Shown: one piece after another, positions 8,027 to 17,499 of the stretch
How the letters are laid out: the number at the start of each line of letters is the position of its first letter
Position numbering within the stretch: the stretch's first letter is position 1
Origin: Bacteroidia bacterium
GTDB taxonomy: Bacteria; Bacteroidota; Bacteroidia; J057
Direction: 5' to 3'
DNA length: 64,000 nucleotides
NCBI GenBank assembly: GCA_045106675.1
Contig: JBGCFA010000014.1
Span: 1 to 64,000, forward strand
The notes under the pieces: model-generated
The model's input: only the letters and a program-made list of their open reading frames with translations
What the model was told of the DNA's origin: nothing
Databases searched by the model: none
Translations under genes and position numbers: made by a program

Positions 8027-9670
8027 CTACATCATCGCACCTTCCATCATCTTGTCGCGTAATGCCTTGATGTCTTCAGAGCGAATATACTCATCAAAGG
8101 GTAGGTAGCGGTCGATGACACCATTAGGAGTCAATTCGATCACACGAGTCGCGATTGAGTTCATCAATTGCTGGTCATGAGAGGTGAACAGGATATTGCC
8201 TTCGTATTCTTGCATACCCTTATTGAGCGCTTGAATAGATTCGAGGTCCAAGTGATTGGTCGGTTCATCCATGAGGATGAAATTGGGATGCTTGAGCATG
8301 ACTTTGGACATCATACAGCGCATCTTTTCGCCTCCTGAGAGAACGCTAGACTTTTTGTGGACTTCTTCACCCGAAAATAGCATGCGGCCCAAGAAACCAC
8401 GAATAAACTGTTCGTCAGTCTCATCATTTTCTGGGGCATACTGCCAAAGCCAACTAACTAGATCTAGGTCTTGGGCTCCACTGAAGTAAGCTTCGTTTTC
8501 GTTGGGGAGATACTCAGAAATGATCGTTTGCCCAAAATCAAACTTACCGCTATCCTGTTCCATTTCACCCGCCAATATTCCAAATAAAGCGGTAACGGCA
8601 CCTGTGGTACGGCTATAGAAGGCAATCTTTTCGTCTCTGTTGACAGAAAATGAAACGTTCGCGAATAGCGTCGTACCATCATGAGCCTTTTTACCCATCT
8701 TCTCTACCTCTAAAATTTGTCCACCTGCGGGACGTTCAGCGGTAAAGGAGATATATGGATATTTACGACTAGAAGGTTCAATGTCTTCTAGGTTGAGTTT
8801 TGCTAGCGCTTTTTTACGACTGGTGGCCTGTTTAGATTTGGCTGCATTGGCAGAAAATCGCTGGATGAATTCCTGCAATTCTTTACGCTTTTGCTCTGTC
8901 TTTTTGTTTTTGTCGGCGGCTTGTCTCGCCATCAACTGACTAGTCTCGTACCAAAAAGTATAATTACCAGTATAGATACTGATTTTTTGGAAGTCAATAT
9001 CTACGATATGAGTACAGACCATATCAAGAAAGTAGCGGTCGTGAGAACCCACGATCACTTTATTGCGAAAATCAGCTAAGAAATCAGCTAACCAAGTGAT
9101 CGATTCAGCATCAAGATCATTAGTAGGCTCATCGAGTAGGAGAAGATCGGGATCTCCAAAAAGGGCTTGTGCTAGGAGCACTTTTACCTTTTCGGCACCA
9201 CTTAGCTCCTTCATTTCGCGGTAGTGCAAGTCTTCTTTGACACCAAGCTGGCTTAATAATTCGGCAGCATCACTATCAGAAGTCCAACCACCCATCTCCC
9301 CAAATTCAGTTTCTAGTTCCGCAGCGCGTAGACCATCTTCCTCGGTGGCTTCAGGATCCATATAAATGGCGTCCTTTTCCATCATCATGTCATACATCTT
9401 CTTGTGCCCCATGATGACAGTGGTGAGGACTTGTACATCTTGGTACTCAAAGTGATTTTGTTTGAGGACCGCCATGCGGTTGCCTGTTTCGAGGTTAACA
9501 TGACCTCTAGTCTGGTCAACATCCCCTGACAAAATCTTAAGAAAGGTCGATTTCCCAGCTCCATTGGCTCCAATTACTCCATAGCAATTGCCACGAGTGA
9601 ATTTGAGATTGACTTCATCAAACAAGACGCGTTTGCCGTATTGCAAACCTATATTAGATACTGAGAGCAT
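8027..9670 (-). CDS. ABC-F family ATPase (YbiT/Uup-like), with two ABC domains and no transmembrane domain.
   Basis: 547 aa. NBD1 has GANGAGKSTFLKILSG, LSGGEKVKVLLAQAL and LLLDEPTNDLD. NBD2 has LSGGEKMRCMMSKVML and ILMDEPTNHLD. It aligns collinearly with E. coli YbiT. The NBD2 Walker A reads YSRTTGAVTALFG and is degenerate (see finding). Confidence 0.9.
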   Translation of the reverse strand: MLSVSNIGLQYGKRVLFDEVNLKFTRGNCYGVIGANGAGKSTFLKILSGDVDQTRGHVNLETGNRMAVLKQNHFEYQDVQVLTTVIMGHKKMYDMMMEKDAIYMDPEATEEDGLRAAELETEFGEMGGWTSDSDAAELLSQLGVKEDLHYREMKELSGAEKVKVLLAQALFGDPDLLLLDEPTNDLDAESITWLADFLADFRNKVIVGSHDRYFLDMVCTHIVDIDFQKISIYTGNYTFWYETSQLMARQAADKNKKTEQKRKELQEFIQRFSANAAKSKQATSRKKALAKLNLEDIEPSSRKYPYISFTAERPAGGQILEVEKMGKKAHDGTTLFANVSFSVNRDEKIAFYSRTTGAVTALFGILAGEMEQDSGKFDFGQTIISEYLPNENEAYFSGAQDLDLVSWLWQYAPENDETDEQFIRGFLGRMLFSGEEVHKKSSVLSGGEKMRCMMSKVMLKHPNFILMDEPTNHLDLESIQALNKGMQEYEGNILFTSHDQQLMNSIATRVIELTPNGVIDRYLPFDEYIRSEDIKALRDKMMEGAMM

Positions 9671-9824
9671 TTCTTATTAGAATATTTACTGTGTTAGTGA
9701 GAGGTAAAAGCTGTACCATACCTCTATTTATCAGCCTGCAAAGGTACGTAATTTTTCAAAAAAATAACACCTTTGCTAAAGAGTCAGATTTTAGGGTAAA
9801 AAAAATGACATACAGCAGAAATTC

Positions 9825-9850
9825 CTGAACAAAGCTTATCTTTTGTTCAG
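9825..9850 (+). promoter_or_regulatory. Dyad symmetry element ctgaacaaag-N6-ctttgttcag, 30 nt upstream of the cytochrome c peroxidase start.
   Basis: The inverted repeat is 9-10 bp and nearly perfect. It is not followed by a T-tract, so it is more likely an operator or a 5'-UTR structure than a terminator. Confidence 0.3.
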
Positions 9851-9879
9851 CACAATTTTATTAGCAAACCTAAGCAATC

Positions 9880-11376
9880 ATGAAAAAGTATTTACTCTCA
9901 CTTTGTTTGGTGATCTGTATGTTGGCTATTGCAGCCATCCCTATTCGCCCGCTTGTCCTGAGGATGGGTTTGACCGGAGAGCTTGACAGTCCGCTCTTAC
10001 CTCCGGCTCCGTTTTCTTATGAGATTTTTGCAAATCCATTGCCAGATCATTTTTTTGAAGATCTCTCCAATTTAAATGGTAATGTTGGCATTTATACTCC
10101 TGCAAGCGTTTTGCCCACAGAAGTTCCCGACCATATTGAAACTTTAGGACGAGTATTGTTTTATGATAAGCAGCTTTCAATCAACAATACAGTTTCCTGT
10201 GCTACTTGTCATATACAAGCAAAAGCATTCGCAGATACCTTAGCTCTTTCTCTAGGATTTGATGGTTCCAATGGTGAACGCAATTCAATTGGGTTTTCCA
10301 ATGTCTTTATACCTTCTATGCGGCATTTCTTTTGGGATGCGGGCACTGATGCGATGGCCACTCAAATCAAACTTGCGCTCGAAAGTGAAGTGGAAATGGG
10401 CATGAATCCAGCTTTATTAAAAGCTAGGATAGAAAATACCAGTTTTTATCCCAAACTATTTCAAAATGCATTTGGAGACTCTATCGTTACGGTTGATCGT
10501 TCAGTCGCTGCGATCAGGTCCTTTGTTTTGTCGATGCTTACGCTGCGATCAAAGTATGATTTTGGCCGGAGTACGGTGGGCCATCAAACACAATCCTTTG
10601 CCAACTTTAGTAAGCTTGAAAACCGGGGCAAAGATATTTTCTTTGGCATCAATAGTGATGCTCAATGTGCTAGTTGTCATCAAGGTGAACTTTTTATCTC
10701 CAATGAGGCCGTGAGCAATGGTTTGGATTTCAATCCTACCGATCTTGGTTTTGGTGGAGTGACAAACCTGCAGGAAGATATGGGTAAGTTTCGCGTGCCT
10801 AGTCTGCGCAATATTGGTTTTACGGCACCTTATATGCATGACGGCCGTTTTGCGAGCCTTGGAGAGCTTGTTGAGCATTATTCGACTGGGGTGAGTCCGC
10901 ATAGCAATCTGCATCCATTCTTGATTGATTCGATCACTTCGCAACCGAAACGCTTAAATCTATCTCCTACAGAAAAACGGGCATTAATCGCTTTTCTCCA
11001 TACGCTGAGTGATACTACCTTTATCAGAGATGTCCGCTGGTCCAATCCTTTTGATCCCAATCCAGCAGCTGATACCATCCCTGTCAATAGGTTCTCTTTC
11101 ATTCAGCCAGTCGATCCGGTTCCCTTTCTTGACCATCTACTGGTAGCTCCTAATCCAAGTGCTCATACGATGTCCTTTGATGCTAAGGCAAGATTTGTGG
11201 GTGTTAGTAGTTTGCAAGTCTTCAGCTTGAGTGGACAATTAGTTTATCAAGAGATATTTGATGGAACGCCAATTCGTTGGGAGCACAAAAGACAAGGCGT
11301 TCCCGAGGGGATCTACCTAGTTAGACTCGAATCCGATGGGGGAGTCTTTACGAAAAAAGTACAAGTGATCAAGTAA
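9880..11376 (+). CDS. ccp: Di-heme cytochrome c peroxidase (CCP/MauG family) fused to a T9SS C-terminal sorting domain.
   Basis: Signal peptide. Two CxxCH heme motifs (CATCH, CASCH). A CCP-family block PSLRNIGFTAPYMHDGRFASLGELVEHY. The C-terminal ~80 aa (APNPSA...QVFSLSGQLVYQE...GIYLVRLESDGGVFTKKVQVIK) has the pattern of the Por/T9SS CTD. Confidence 0.85.
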   Translation: MKKYLLSLCLVICMLAIAAIPIRPLVLRMGLTGELDSPLLPPAPFSYEIFANPLPDHFFEDLSNLNGNVGIYTPASVLPTEVPDHIETLGRVLFYDKQLSINNTVSCATCHIQAKAFADTLALSLGFDGSNGERNSIGFSNVFIPSMRHFFWDAGTDAMATQIKLALESEVEMGMNPALLKARIENTSFYPKLFQNAFGDSIVTVDRSVAAIRSFVLSMLTLRSKYDFGRSTVGHQTQSFANFSKLENRGKDIFFGINSDAQCASCHQGELFISNEAVSNGLDFNPTDLGFGGVTNLQEDMGKFRVPSLRNIGFTAPYMHDGRFASLGELVEHYSTGVSPHSNLHPFLIDSITSQPKRLNLSPTEKRALIAFLHTLSDTTFIRDVRWSNPFDPNPAADTIPVNRFSFIQPVDPVPFLDHLLVAPNPSAHTMSFDAKARFVGVSSLQVFSLSGQLVYQEIFDGTPIRWEHKRQGVPEGIYLVRLESDGGVFTKKVQVIK

Positions 11377-11385
11377 GGGGTTTTC

Positions 11386-11432
11386 ATTATTCCAGCTTCG
11401 CAGAACGATAGAAGCGTTCTGCGAAGCTGGAA
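11386..11432. repeat. Perfect 47-bp palindrome attccagcttcgcagaacgatagaagcgttctgcgaagctggaat. It is the archetype copy of the dispersed repeat family and lies between convergent genes.
   Basis: A 21-bp perfect stem and a 5-nt loop. There is no flanking T-tract on either strand. The core is shared with copies at 7733, 28969, 43299 and 58275. Confidence 0.8.
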
Positions 11433-11474
11433 TAATAAACAAAAAAGGGAGAAACAAAGTGCTTCTCCCAAAAT

Positions 11475-12635
11475 TTATCTGATAAATTCTTCGAGTTGTC
11501 GTTTGTAGGAAGAATATGAGAAGGCTCCCTTGACGATATAAAAGTTTTCTGGATCGACTACGTGGCGGTAAGCATGCTTAGCCAATTTAAGGCGGTAAGA
11601 ATCATACGAAATAGTGCCTAACATCTGGCGTATGTGCTCACTACTAAGAGGATATTGTTCGGCGATACGCTTACCAATTTGGAGTTTGTCCTTGTCATAA
11701 TTGGCTTGGCGCATATCTCTCAATAGCCCGCGAAACTCTTGCTCGCTAACAAGCCGCTGTGGTTGATGATATTGATCATTATAATTTCTGTCATCATACT
11801 GTGGTTCCTCTTGGTAGTAGGTACCACTGCCATGGGCACCGCAGCTACCATTTCGACAAGGCTGGCATATTTGCGGCGGAGAATTTTTTGGCGCAAAGCG
11901 AGGATGGTGTCCCATATAGTCTTGCAATGAACGTTGATAAGCACGGCGACTAATCTGTTGCTCGACTATGCGGAAGTTTTCTGGATCAACTACTCGCTCC
12001 CAACCCAATTTTGCCACTTGCAAAATATGATCTTCGTGGTTCATCGCCTTCAATAGCTTAGACAACTGACGACTGCTAAGACAAGTAGTGCGGACGATCT
12101 GTTTGGCAGTACGAAACTGATTCTCAGAGCCACGACTATTGTAAACAGCTTTAAGCGCCTGTTGAAAATCTCCTTGGTGCATAGGAATGGCGCAATAATC
12201 AGCATTTTGATACTGTCCTTGACCTCTACCTTTGTTTTGTCCATAAGCATTTCCGTTGCCACGAGGACCGGCTTGACGTGGTCGTGTACTCGGAGTGTAT
12301 TGACGGATAGGCTCTGAAGCTGTTTTTTGGAGAGTCATCATATCTCGGCCTCGCCGAACGAGTGTAAATATTACACGTTCGTTTTGTGGGAGATAAACGC
12401 GATCAAATTGAAGCGTTTTTTGACGACCGTCAACCATTCGCATAGCGATATGGTGGTTTCCCGCTTGTAAATCTGGGATTATGACTTGGCTTTGAGGAGT
12501 TCGGTTAAATGTTCTGCCATTAATCTTGAGGAGGAAAGGGCCATTGTTGCTTTTGACGACCATTTCGGCATTGTAAGCAAAAGCTAAACTCAAGCTGGCA
12601 AGTAAACCAAAAAATAAAGTAACAATCCGTTTCAT
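11475..12635 (-). CDS. Secreted hypothetical protein with two C-terminal DUF4476-like repeats.
   Basis: 386 aa. The signal peptide is MKRIVTLFFGLLASLSLAFA. The N-terminal region is beta-rich, and a Q/G/P-rich low-complexity linker follows. A module of about 45 aa is duplicated: LSKLLKAMNHEDHILQVAKLGWERVVDPENFRIVEQQISRRAYQRSL and EHIRQMLGTISYDSYRLKLAKHAYRHVVDPENFYIVKGAFSYSSYKRQL. The DUF4476 assignment is from memory of that family's pattern. Confidence 0.55.
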   Translation of the reverse strand: MKRIVTLFFGLLASLSLAFAYNAEMVVKSNNGPFLLKINGRTFNRTPQSQVIIPDLQAGNHHIAMRMVDGRQKTLQFDRVYLPQNERVIFTLVRRGRDMMTLQKTASEPIRQYTPSTRPRQAGPRGNGNAYGQNKGRGQGQYQNADYCAIPMHQGDFQQALKAVYNSRGSENQFRTAKQIVRTTCLSSRQLSKLLKAMNHEDHILQVAKLGWERVVDPENFRIVEQQISRRAYQRSLQDYMGHHPRFAPKNSPPQICQPCRNGSCGAHGSGTYYQEEPQYDDRNYNDQYHQPQRLVSEQEFRGLLRDMRQANYDKDKLQIGKRIAEQYPLSSEHIRQMLGTISYDSYRLKLAKHAYRHVVDPENFYIVKGAFSYSSYKRQLEEFIR

Positions 12636-12786
12636 AAGGCTAATGGTTAAGTATAAATTCTGTGTTTGTTATGTTTACCTTTCCAAATACGTGCCTGATT
12701 ATGAGGAAGTTATCTTCTTTGATGTCTTCGTGTGCTTTGGGTTTACAGCCGTGTAAATATTTTGTCTATTCGTACTATTGATTCAC

Positions 12787-12830
12787 CCCAAAAAGGGCAA
12801 AAAAGAAAGGGCCACGAATAATCGCGACCC
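12787..12830 (-). terminator. Rho-independent terminator after trigger factor (minus strand).
   Basis: On the minus transcript, GGGUCGCG-auuauuc-GUGGCCC forms an 8-bp stem including G-U pairs and is followed by uuucuuuuuugcccuuuuu. Confidence 0.5.
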
Positions 12831-12855
12831 TTTTTGATACAAGTATCAGTATGTT

Positions 12856-14244
12856 TTAAGCAGCTTCCTGCTCTTTCTTCTGGAGTTCGACGAAGTCAGT
12901 AGCAGTGATCTTCTCAGTCTGTCTAGTAACCTTATTGTCGAGATAGTCATAGAGACGATCATTGGTCATACGACGATGGTGCATATCTAGCATCTCTTGG
13001 TTACCCATAGAGTATTCGGTGTATTGCTGCATCATCTCATCTGTAAGCTCCTCTTCACGAGTGGCAAAGCTATCTTTGATGGCCTGCTTCATGCTCTCCT
13101 CAATATCTTCGCGCTCAATGCGGTTGAAACCTTCACCTTGTTGGATTTTTTCAACGACGAGACTCCAAGTAACAGAAGTGGTAAATTCGGGATAAGCCGC
13201 TTCTACATCTTCCATTGTTTTGTACTTCTCTTCGTTTTCGAGCAACCAAACTTTGAGAAACTCATCAGGAAGCGTGAGAGCGTTAAGCTCCATTAGTTCC
13301 TTCTGGACCTGATTACGGAACTGCCATTTAGTAGATTCTGTGAGCTCTTTTTTCATTTGCTCCTTCATCTTCGCGCTAAATGTTTCTAAGTCTGCAAACT
13401 CAGTTTCATCCCACTGTAGATTTTGAGCCACTTTGGTAAAGAACTCAGGATTGAGTTCGGCTAGTGAGATGCGGTTGATACGCTTCACCTCAAATTTGAG
13501 TTTCTTTTTGCGTAACTCCTCAAGCTCCTCTACTTCCATGAAAATTAGTTTGCCGATTTCAGCAACATCCTTTTTCATTTTGAAGATATCTAAGTCAGCT
13601 ACTTCCTCAAGCTTCATACCTATATAAGGCTTGAAAAATTTAGGATTTTCAACTCTGATTGGGTTGAGGGCGATCATGCGCTGAAAGCCTTCTTCTACCG
13701 CTTCACCTGCATCATCTACTTCAAAAGCACTACCATAAATGATATCGCCATCACCAACTTCTTCTGGTGTCTGTACCTCGCCAAAACGATCTTGATAGTT
13801 TTTGAGCTCTTCTTCGAAGAACGCATCGTCAATTTCAACTTCGTATTGAGTAGGCGTTTCTTTGAAATCATAACTCACCTCAAATTCAGGCGCTAGTCCT
13901 ACTTCAAAGACAAAATCCATTGCAGTTTTGCAATCAGGATCAAAGTCCTCTTCGGTGAGTTCATGCTTAGGCATTGGATGCCCTAGTATGTCAAGCTTTG
14001 TTTCCGTCAAGTAATCAGTAAGCTCTTTGCTTACTTTCTTATTGACTTCTTCAACCACGATGGAGCTTCCAACCATCTTTTTGACCATGCCCATAGGCAC
14101 TTTTCCTGCTCTGAAGCCAGGTATGTTAGCCTGCTTCGCATAACGCTTAAGTTCTGTATCTACTGCGTCTTTATAGTCCTCTGGCGCCAAATGGATATTG
14201 ATATGGGCCGTAAGATTGCCAGTACTTTCTTGGGTGATATTCAA
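12856..14244 (-). CDS. tig: Trigger factor (ribosome-associated chaperone with a PPIase domain).
   Basis: 462 aa. The N-terminal ribosome-binding domain carries the signature GFRAGKVPMGMVKKMVG (compare E. coli GFRKGKVPMNIV). The overall acidic composition and the length fit trigger factor. Confidence 0.85.
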   Translation of the reverse strand: MNITQESTGNLTAHINIHLAPEDYKDAVDTELKRYAKQANIPGFRAGKVPMGMVKKMVGSSIVVEEVNKKVSKELTDYLTETKLDILGHPMPKHELTEEDFDPDCKTAMDFVFEVGLAPEFEVSYDFKETPTQYEVEIDDAFFEEELKNYQDRFGEVQTPEEVGDGDIIYGSAFEVDDAGEAVEEGFQRMIALNPIRVENPKFFKPYIGMKLEEVADLDIFKMKKDVAEIGKLIFMEVEELEELRKKKLKFEVKRINRISLAELNPEFFTKVAQNLQWDETEFADLETFSAKMKEQMKKELTESTKWQFRNQVQKELMELNALTLPDEFLKVWLLENEEKYKTMEDVEAAYPEFTTSVTWSLVVEKIQQGEGFNRIEREDIEESMKQAIKDSFATREEELTDEMMQQYTEYSMGNQEMLDMHHRRMTNDRLYDYLDNKVTRQTEKITATDFVELQKKEQEAA

Positions 14245-14318
14245 GACGAGAATTATTTAGAATGTATATACTTGAAAAAACGCCTCTGTCCGTTTCCGAC
14301 CAGAGGCGTACTTATTTG

Positions 14319-14400
14319 TACGGATGAAGGGACTCGAACCCCCACGCCTTGCGGCACCAGATCCTAAATCTAGCGCGTCTACCAATTCCGCCACATCCGC
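14319..14400 (-). tRNA. tRNA-Leu (anticodon TAG), long variable arm, CCA not encoded.
   Basis: The reverse complement reads GCGGATG-TG-GCGGAATTGGTAGACGC-GCTAGA-TTTAGGA-TCTGG-TGCCGCAAGGCGT-GGGGG-TTCGAGT-CCCTT-CATCCGT-A. The acceptor stem is 7 bp, and the T-loop is TTCGAGT. The anticodon loop tTAGga has a 5-bp stem. Confidence 0.85.
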
Positions 14401-14551
14401 ATTAATCAAAAGAACAATGGTGAATTGAGGCACAAATGTAGTGTTTTTTTTGTTAAAGGGAAATAAAATTTCAATTTTATATTAAAGGCAATTATTCGTG
14501 CATATAGCCCACATTTGCAGCATATTTGTATTGAGAGATTGTGGATGATCT

Positions 14552-16798
14552 ATGAGTGAAACTAGCACCCTACCCATAAGTTACGATCAGCAGATAATCA
14601 GAGCCTACCGCTCCATCATTCGCGGTATGAAGGATATTGAGCGTTCTGATAAAGCGGTTGTTAGGCGAGCTTTTGAGTATGCACGTGATGCCCACGAAGG
14701 CGTAAAGCGTAAATCGGGCGAACCCTATATTTTACATCCTTTGGCTGTGGCAAAGATTATTGTCAATGAAATGGGTTTAGAAGACCCTATTGCATTGGCT
14801 TGTGCCCTCTTGCATGATGTGGTAGAAGATACTCCCATCGAACTCGACGATATTAAAAGAGAGTTTGGTAAAAAATCCATGGAGATTATCGATGGATTGA
14901 CCAAAATCCCTCGTTCTACTACATTCGATGAGCTCAATTCGCAGCAGGCGGAAAATTTCCGCAAAATTCTACTCACCATTTCAGATGATATCAGAGTAGT
15001 CCTGATCAAACTGGCGGATCGTCTCCACAACATGAGAACCCTTGGTTCGATGCGGCGGGAAAAAATGTTGAAGATTGCTTCTGAAACATTGTATATATAT
15101 GCTCCCTTGGCACATCGACTTGGACTATATGAGATCAAAACTGAGTTAGAGGATCTTTCCTTCAAGCATAGTAATCCGACTCAATACGCGGACATTCAGG
15201 CCAAAATGCAAGCTTCGAGAGAAGATAAGCAGGCCTTTATTGATCGGATTATTAGGAGTATTAAGCAAAGATTAAAGCCTTCTGGATTAAAATTCGCCAT
15301 CAAGTCGCGCTATAAATCTGTCTATTCGATCTACTCGAAGATGCAGCGCAAAAACTTGCCCTTTGAAGAAGTTTTTGACCGCTATGCCGTTCGAATCATT
15401 TTAGAATCGCGAGAAGGACAAGAGCGTGAAGATTGCTGGCTAGTGTACTCACTCGTCTCAGGACTCTATCGTCCCAATCCAAAACGCCTCCGTGATTGGA
15501 TCACCGTGCCTAAGGACAATCATTATGAGTCTCTGCATACCACTTTGATGGGGCCTGACGGTAAATGGGTAGAGGTGCAGATTCGCACCCAAAGGATGGA
15601 TGAAATTGCTGAGAAAGGGGTTGCTGCTCATTGGAAGTATAAAGAAAATGGAACGGTTGAAGAGGAGTTTTTAACAGAATGGATATCTCAGATTCGAGAA
15701 ATCTTAGAAAACCCTCACCTAGATGCGCTTGAAGCGCTGCGGGGCTTTAAAGAAAACCTTCAACCGAATGATGTATTTGTCTTTACTCCTCAAGGTGAGA
15801 TGAAACGACTCCCTCGAAACTCTACTGCATTGGATTTGGCTTATAAAATCCATACCAATATTGGAGATAGTTCAATTGGTGCTAAGGTCAACAATCAAGT
15901 AGTTGCTCTGGACTATGTATTGCGTCCGGGCGATCAAGTTGAGATTCTTACCTCTCGTAAAGGTAATCCGCAAAAGGAATGGTTGCGATTTGCCAAGACC
16001 CCCCGCGCTAAAGACAATATCAAAAATTTCCTTCGCCGCAAACGGAACGAAGTAATCGAACAGGGAAGGATGTTATTTTTGTGGCGAGCCCGTCAATATG
16101 ATATTGATGAGAACCACCCCTATATGAATGAGTTGCTGGCCTATTTTATGATGCCGAGTGTAGAAGACTTTTTCTTTGCACTAGGTGCTCGTAAAATTGA
16201 TACGAATAAGATTCCGGAGTTCATCCAGATGAAAAAAGATGGACAGGCTGTCGGTAAAGAGTATATCGAAGCTTGGGAACAGCGCCAGAAATGGATGAAA
16301 GCACGCTTAAAAGAATTGGGGGTTGATGCTGATATGCTCGTTCTTGGCAAAGAACAAAGTGTTGATTACTATGTTTTAGGCAAATGTTGCAATCCCATAC
16401 CAGGCGATGATATTTTAGGCTTTGTCGAAGGCAACAAGATCACCATCCATCGGCCTTCATGTGAGAAAGCGATCTCCTTGATGTCTAGTTTTGGTTCACA
16501 AGTAGTACGAGCAAAGTGGACCGAGAGTGGAGATTCGAAAGATGTGACTTTTATGGTCGGAATCAAGGTAGTTGGCCTTGATAAACAGGGAATGCTCAAT
16601 GATTTGATCAGGGTGATTTCTCTTCAGCTTAAGCTAAATATTCAAAAAGTAACCATCGAATCACGCGAAGGCTTGTTTGAAGGCTTTTTTCATATATATG
16701 TGCATAACGATGAAGAATTGGACCGGATTATGGCCAAAATAGAAAAAGACCCCAATGTGTATACCGTATCTCGATATGATAGTGAAACCCATGAATAA
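14552..16798 (+). CDS. rel: Bifunctional (p)ppGpp synthetase/hydrolase of the RelA/SpoT family.
   Basis: 748 aa. The HD hydrolase domain has HPLAVAKI...LLHDVVEDT. The synthetase domain has RYKSVYSIYSKMQRK...DRYAVRII. A TGS domain and a C-terminal ACT-like domain are present. Confidence 0.92.
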   Translation: MSETSTLPISYDQQIIRAYRSIIRGMKDIERSDKAVVRRAFEYARDAHEGVKRKSGEPYILHPLAVAKIIVNEMGLEDPIALACALLHDVVEDTPIELDDIKREFGKKSMEIIDGLTKIPRSTTFDELNSQQAENFRKILLTISDDIRVVLIKLADRLHNMRTLGSMRREKMLKIASETLYIYAPLAHRLGLYEIKTELEDLSFKHSNPTQYADIQAKMQASREDKQAFIDRIIRSIKQRLKPSGLKFAIKSRYKSVYSIYSKMQRKNLPFEEVFDRYAVRIILESREGQEREDCWLVYSLVSGLYRPNPKRLRDWITVPKDNHYESLHTTLMGPDGKWVEVQIRTQRMDEIAEKGVAAHWKYKENGTVEEEFLTEWISQIREILENPHLDALEALRGFKENLQPNDVFVFTPQGEMKRLPRNSTALDLAYKIHTNIGDSSIGAKVNNQVVALDYVLRPGDQVEILTSRKGNPQKEWLRFAKTPRAKDNIKNFLRRKRNEVIEQGRMLFLWRARQYDIDENHPYMNELLAYFMMPSVEDFFFALGARKIDTNKIPEFIQMKKDGQAVGKEYIEAWEQRQKWMKARLKELGVDADMLVLGKEQSVDYYVLGKCCNPIPGDDILGFVEGNKITIHRPSCEKAISLMSSFGSQVVRAKWTESGDSKDVTFMVGIKVVGLDKQGMLNDLIRVISLQLKLNIQKVTIESREGLFEGFFHIYVHNDEELDRIMAKIEKDPNVYTVSRYDSETHE

Positions 16799-17309
16799 GT
16801 TAAGTATCCCTCTTATTGTATTGATGCTTTGTGCGTTTAGCCTTGCTTGCCAAACAGCTCAGGAACCAAAAAACACTTTGTCACTCGCTGACCTATATAC
16901 GAGTGCAAGCCAACTTGAGCAGCCTATCCAAGGAATGGAGGCAAAACCTATGTTGAGTAAAATGCAGATACATGTTCGGGCCTTGCAAACTGAACTGAAA
17001 AATTTGGATCAGCGCATTGAAGAAACACAGTCTGCTCATCGTTCTCAAACTGGTATTATGCTTACCGATTCGATCTTCGGACGCTTAATCAATGAGATGA
17101 ATGCCCTACAAGGGGTTATGAAGCCGCTTTGCCAAAAACTAGAAGGGGTTTCTCTTCCCTTTGATGTCGATGCTTTGAGAAAAGAAAGCCCTGAAACAGA
17201 GTTTGGCCAGCCGCCACTTGCTAATCAAGTAATCTTGCAACAGCTTTCTACTGATGTCCAAGAAACTGAAAGAGCGATATTAGAGGCAATCGTAAGTCAT
17301 AGCCCCTGA
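16791..17309 (+). CDS. Hypothetical lipoprotein. The start ATG overlaps the rel stop (ATGAATAA).
   Basis: MNKLSIPLIVLMLCAFSLAC has a lipobox Cys. Coiled-coil-like sequence follows (QIHVRALQTELKNLDQRIEETQ). The ORF track begins at 16755 in the same frame, but 16791 gives the lipoprotein signal. Confidence 0.5.
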   Translation: MNKLSIPLIVLMLCAFSLACQTAQEPKNTLSLADLYTSASQLEQPIQGMEAKPMLSKMQIHVRALQTELKNLDQRIEETQSAHRSQTGIMLTDSIFGRLINEMNALQGVMKPLCQKLEGVSLPFDVDALRKESPETEFGQPPLANQVILQQLSTDVQETERAILEAIVSHSP

Positions 17310-17499
17310 TATTTTATGCAATATTCCAACCCTTGATTGAGATTGATACTCTCTTTAGTAAGAGGCGTTTCTGTGGGCTGGTAATATTATTTTATTTCGA
17401 ATATTATAAAGATGGTTAATTTTCAATATTCGTAACTAATTCGCTTCTCCGGCGTATTATTATACAAACACACAGTTCAACGCTTAAACCAATATCGCG

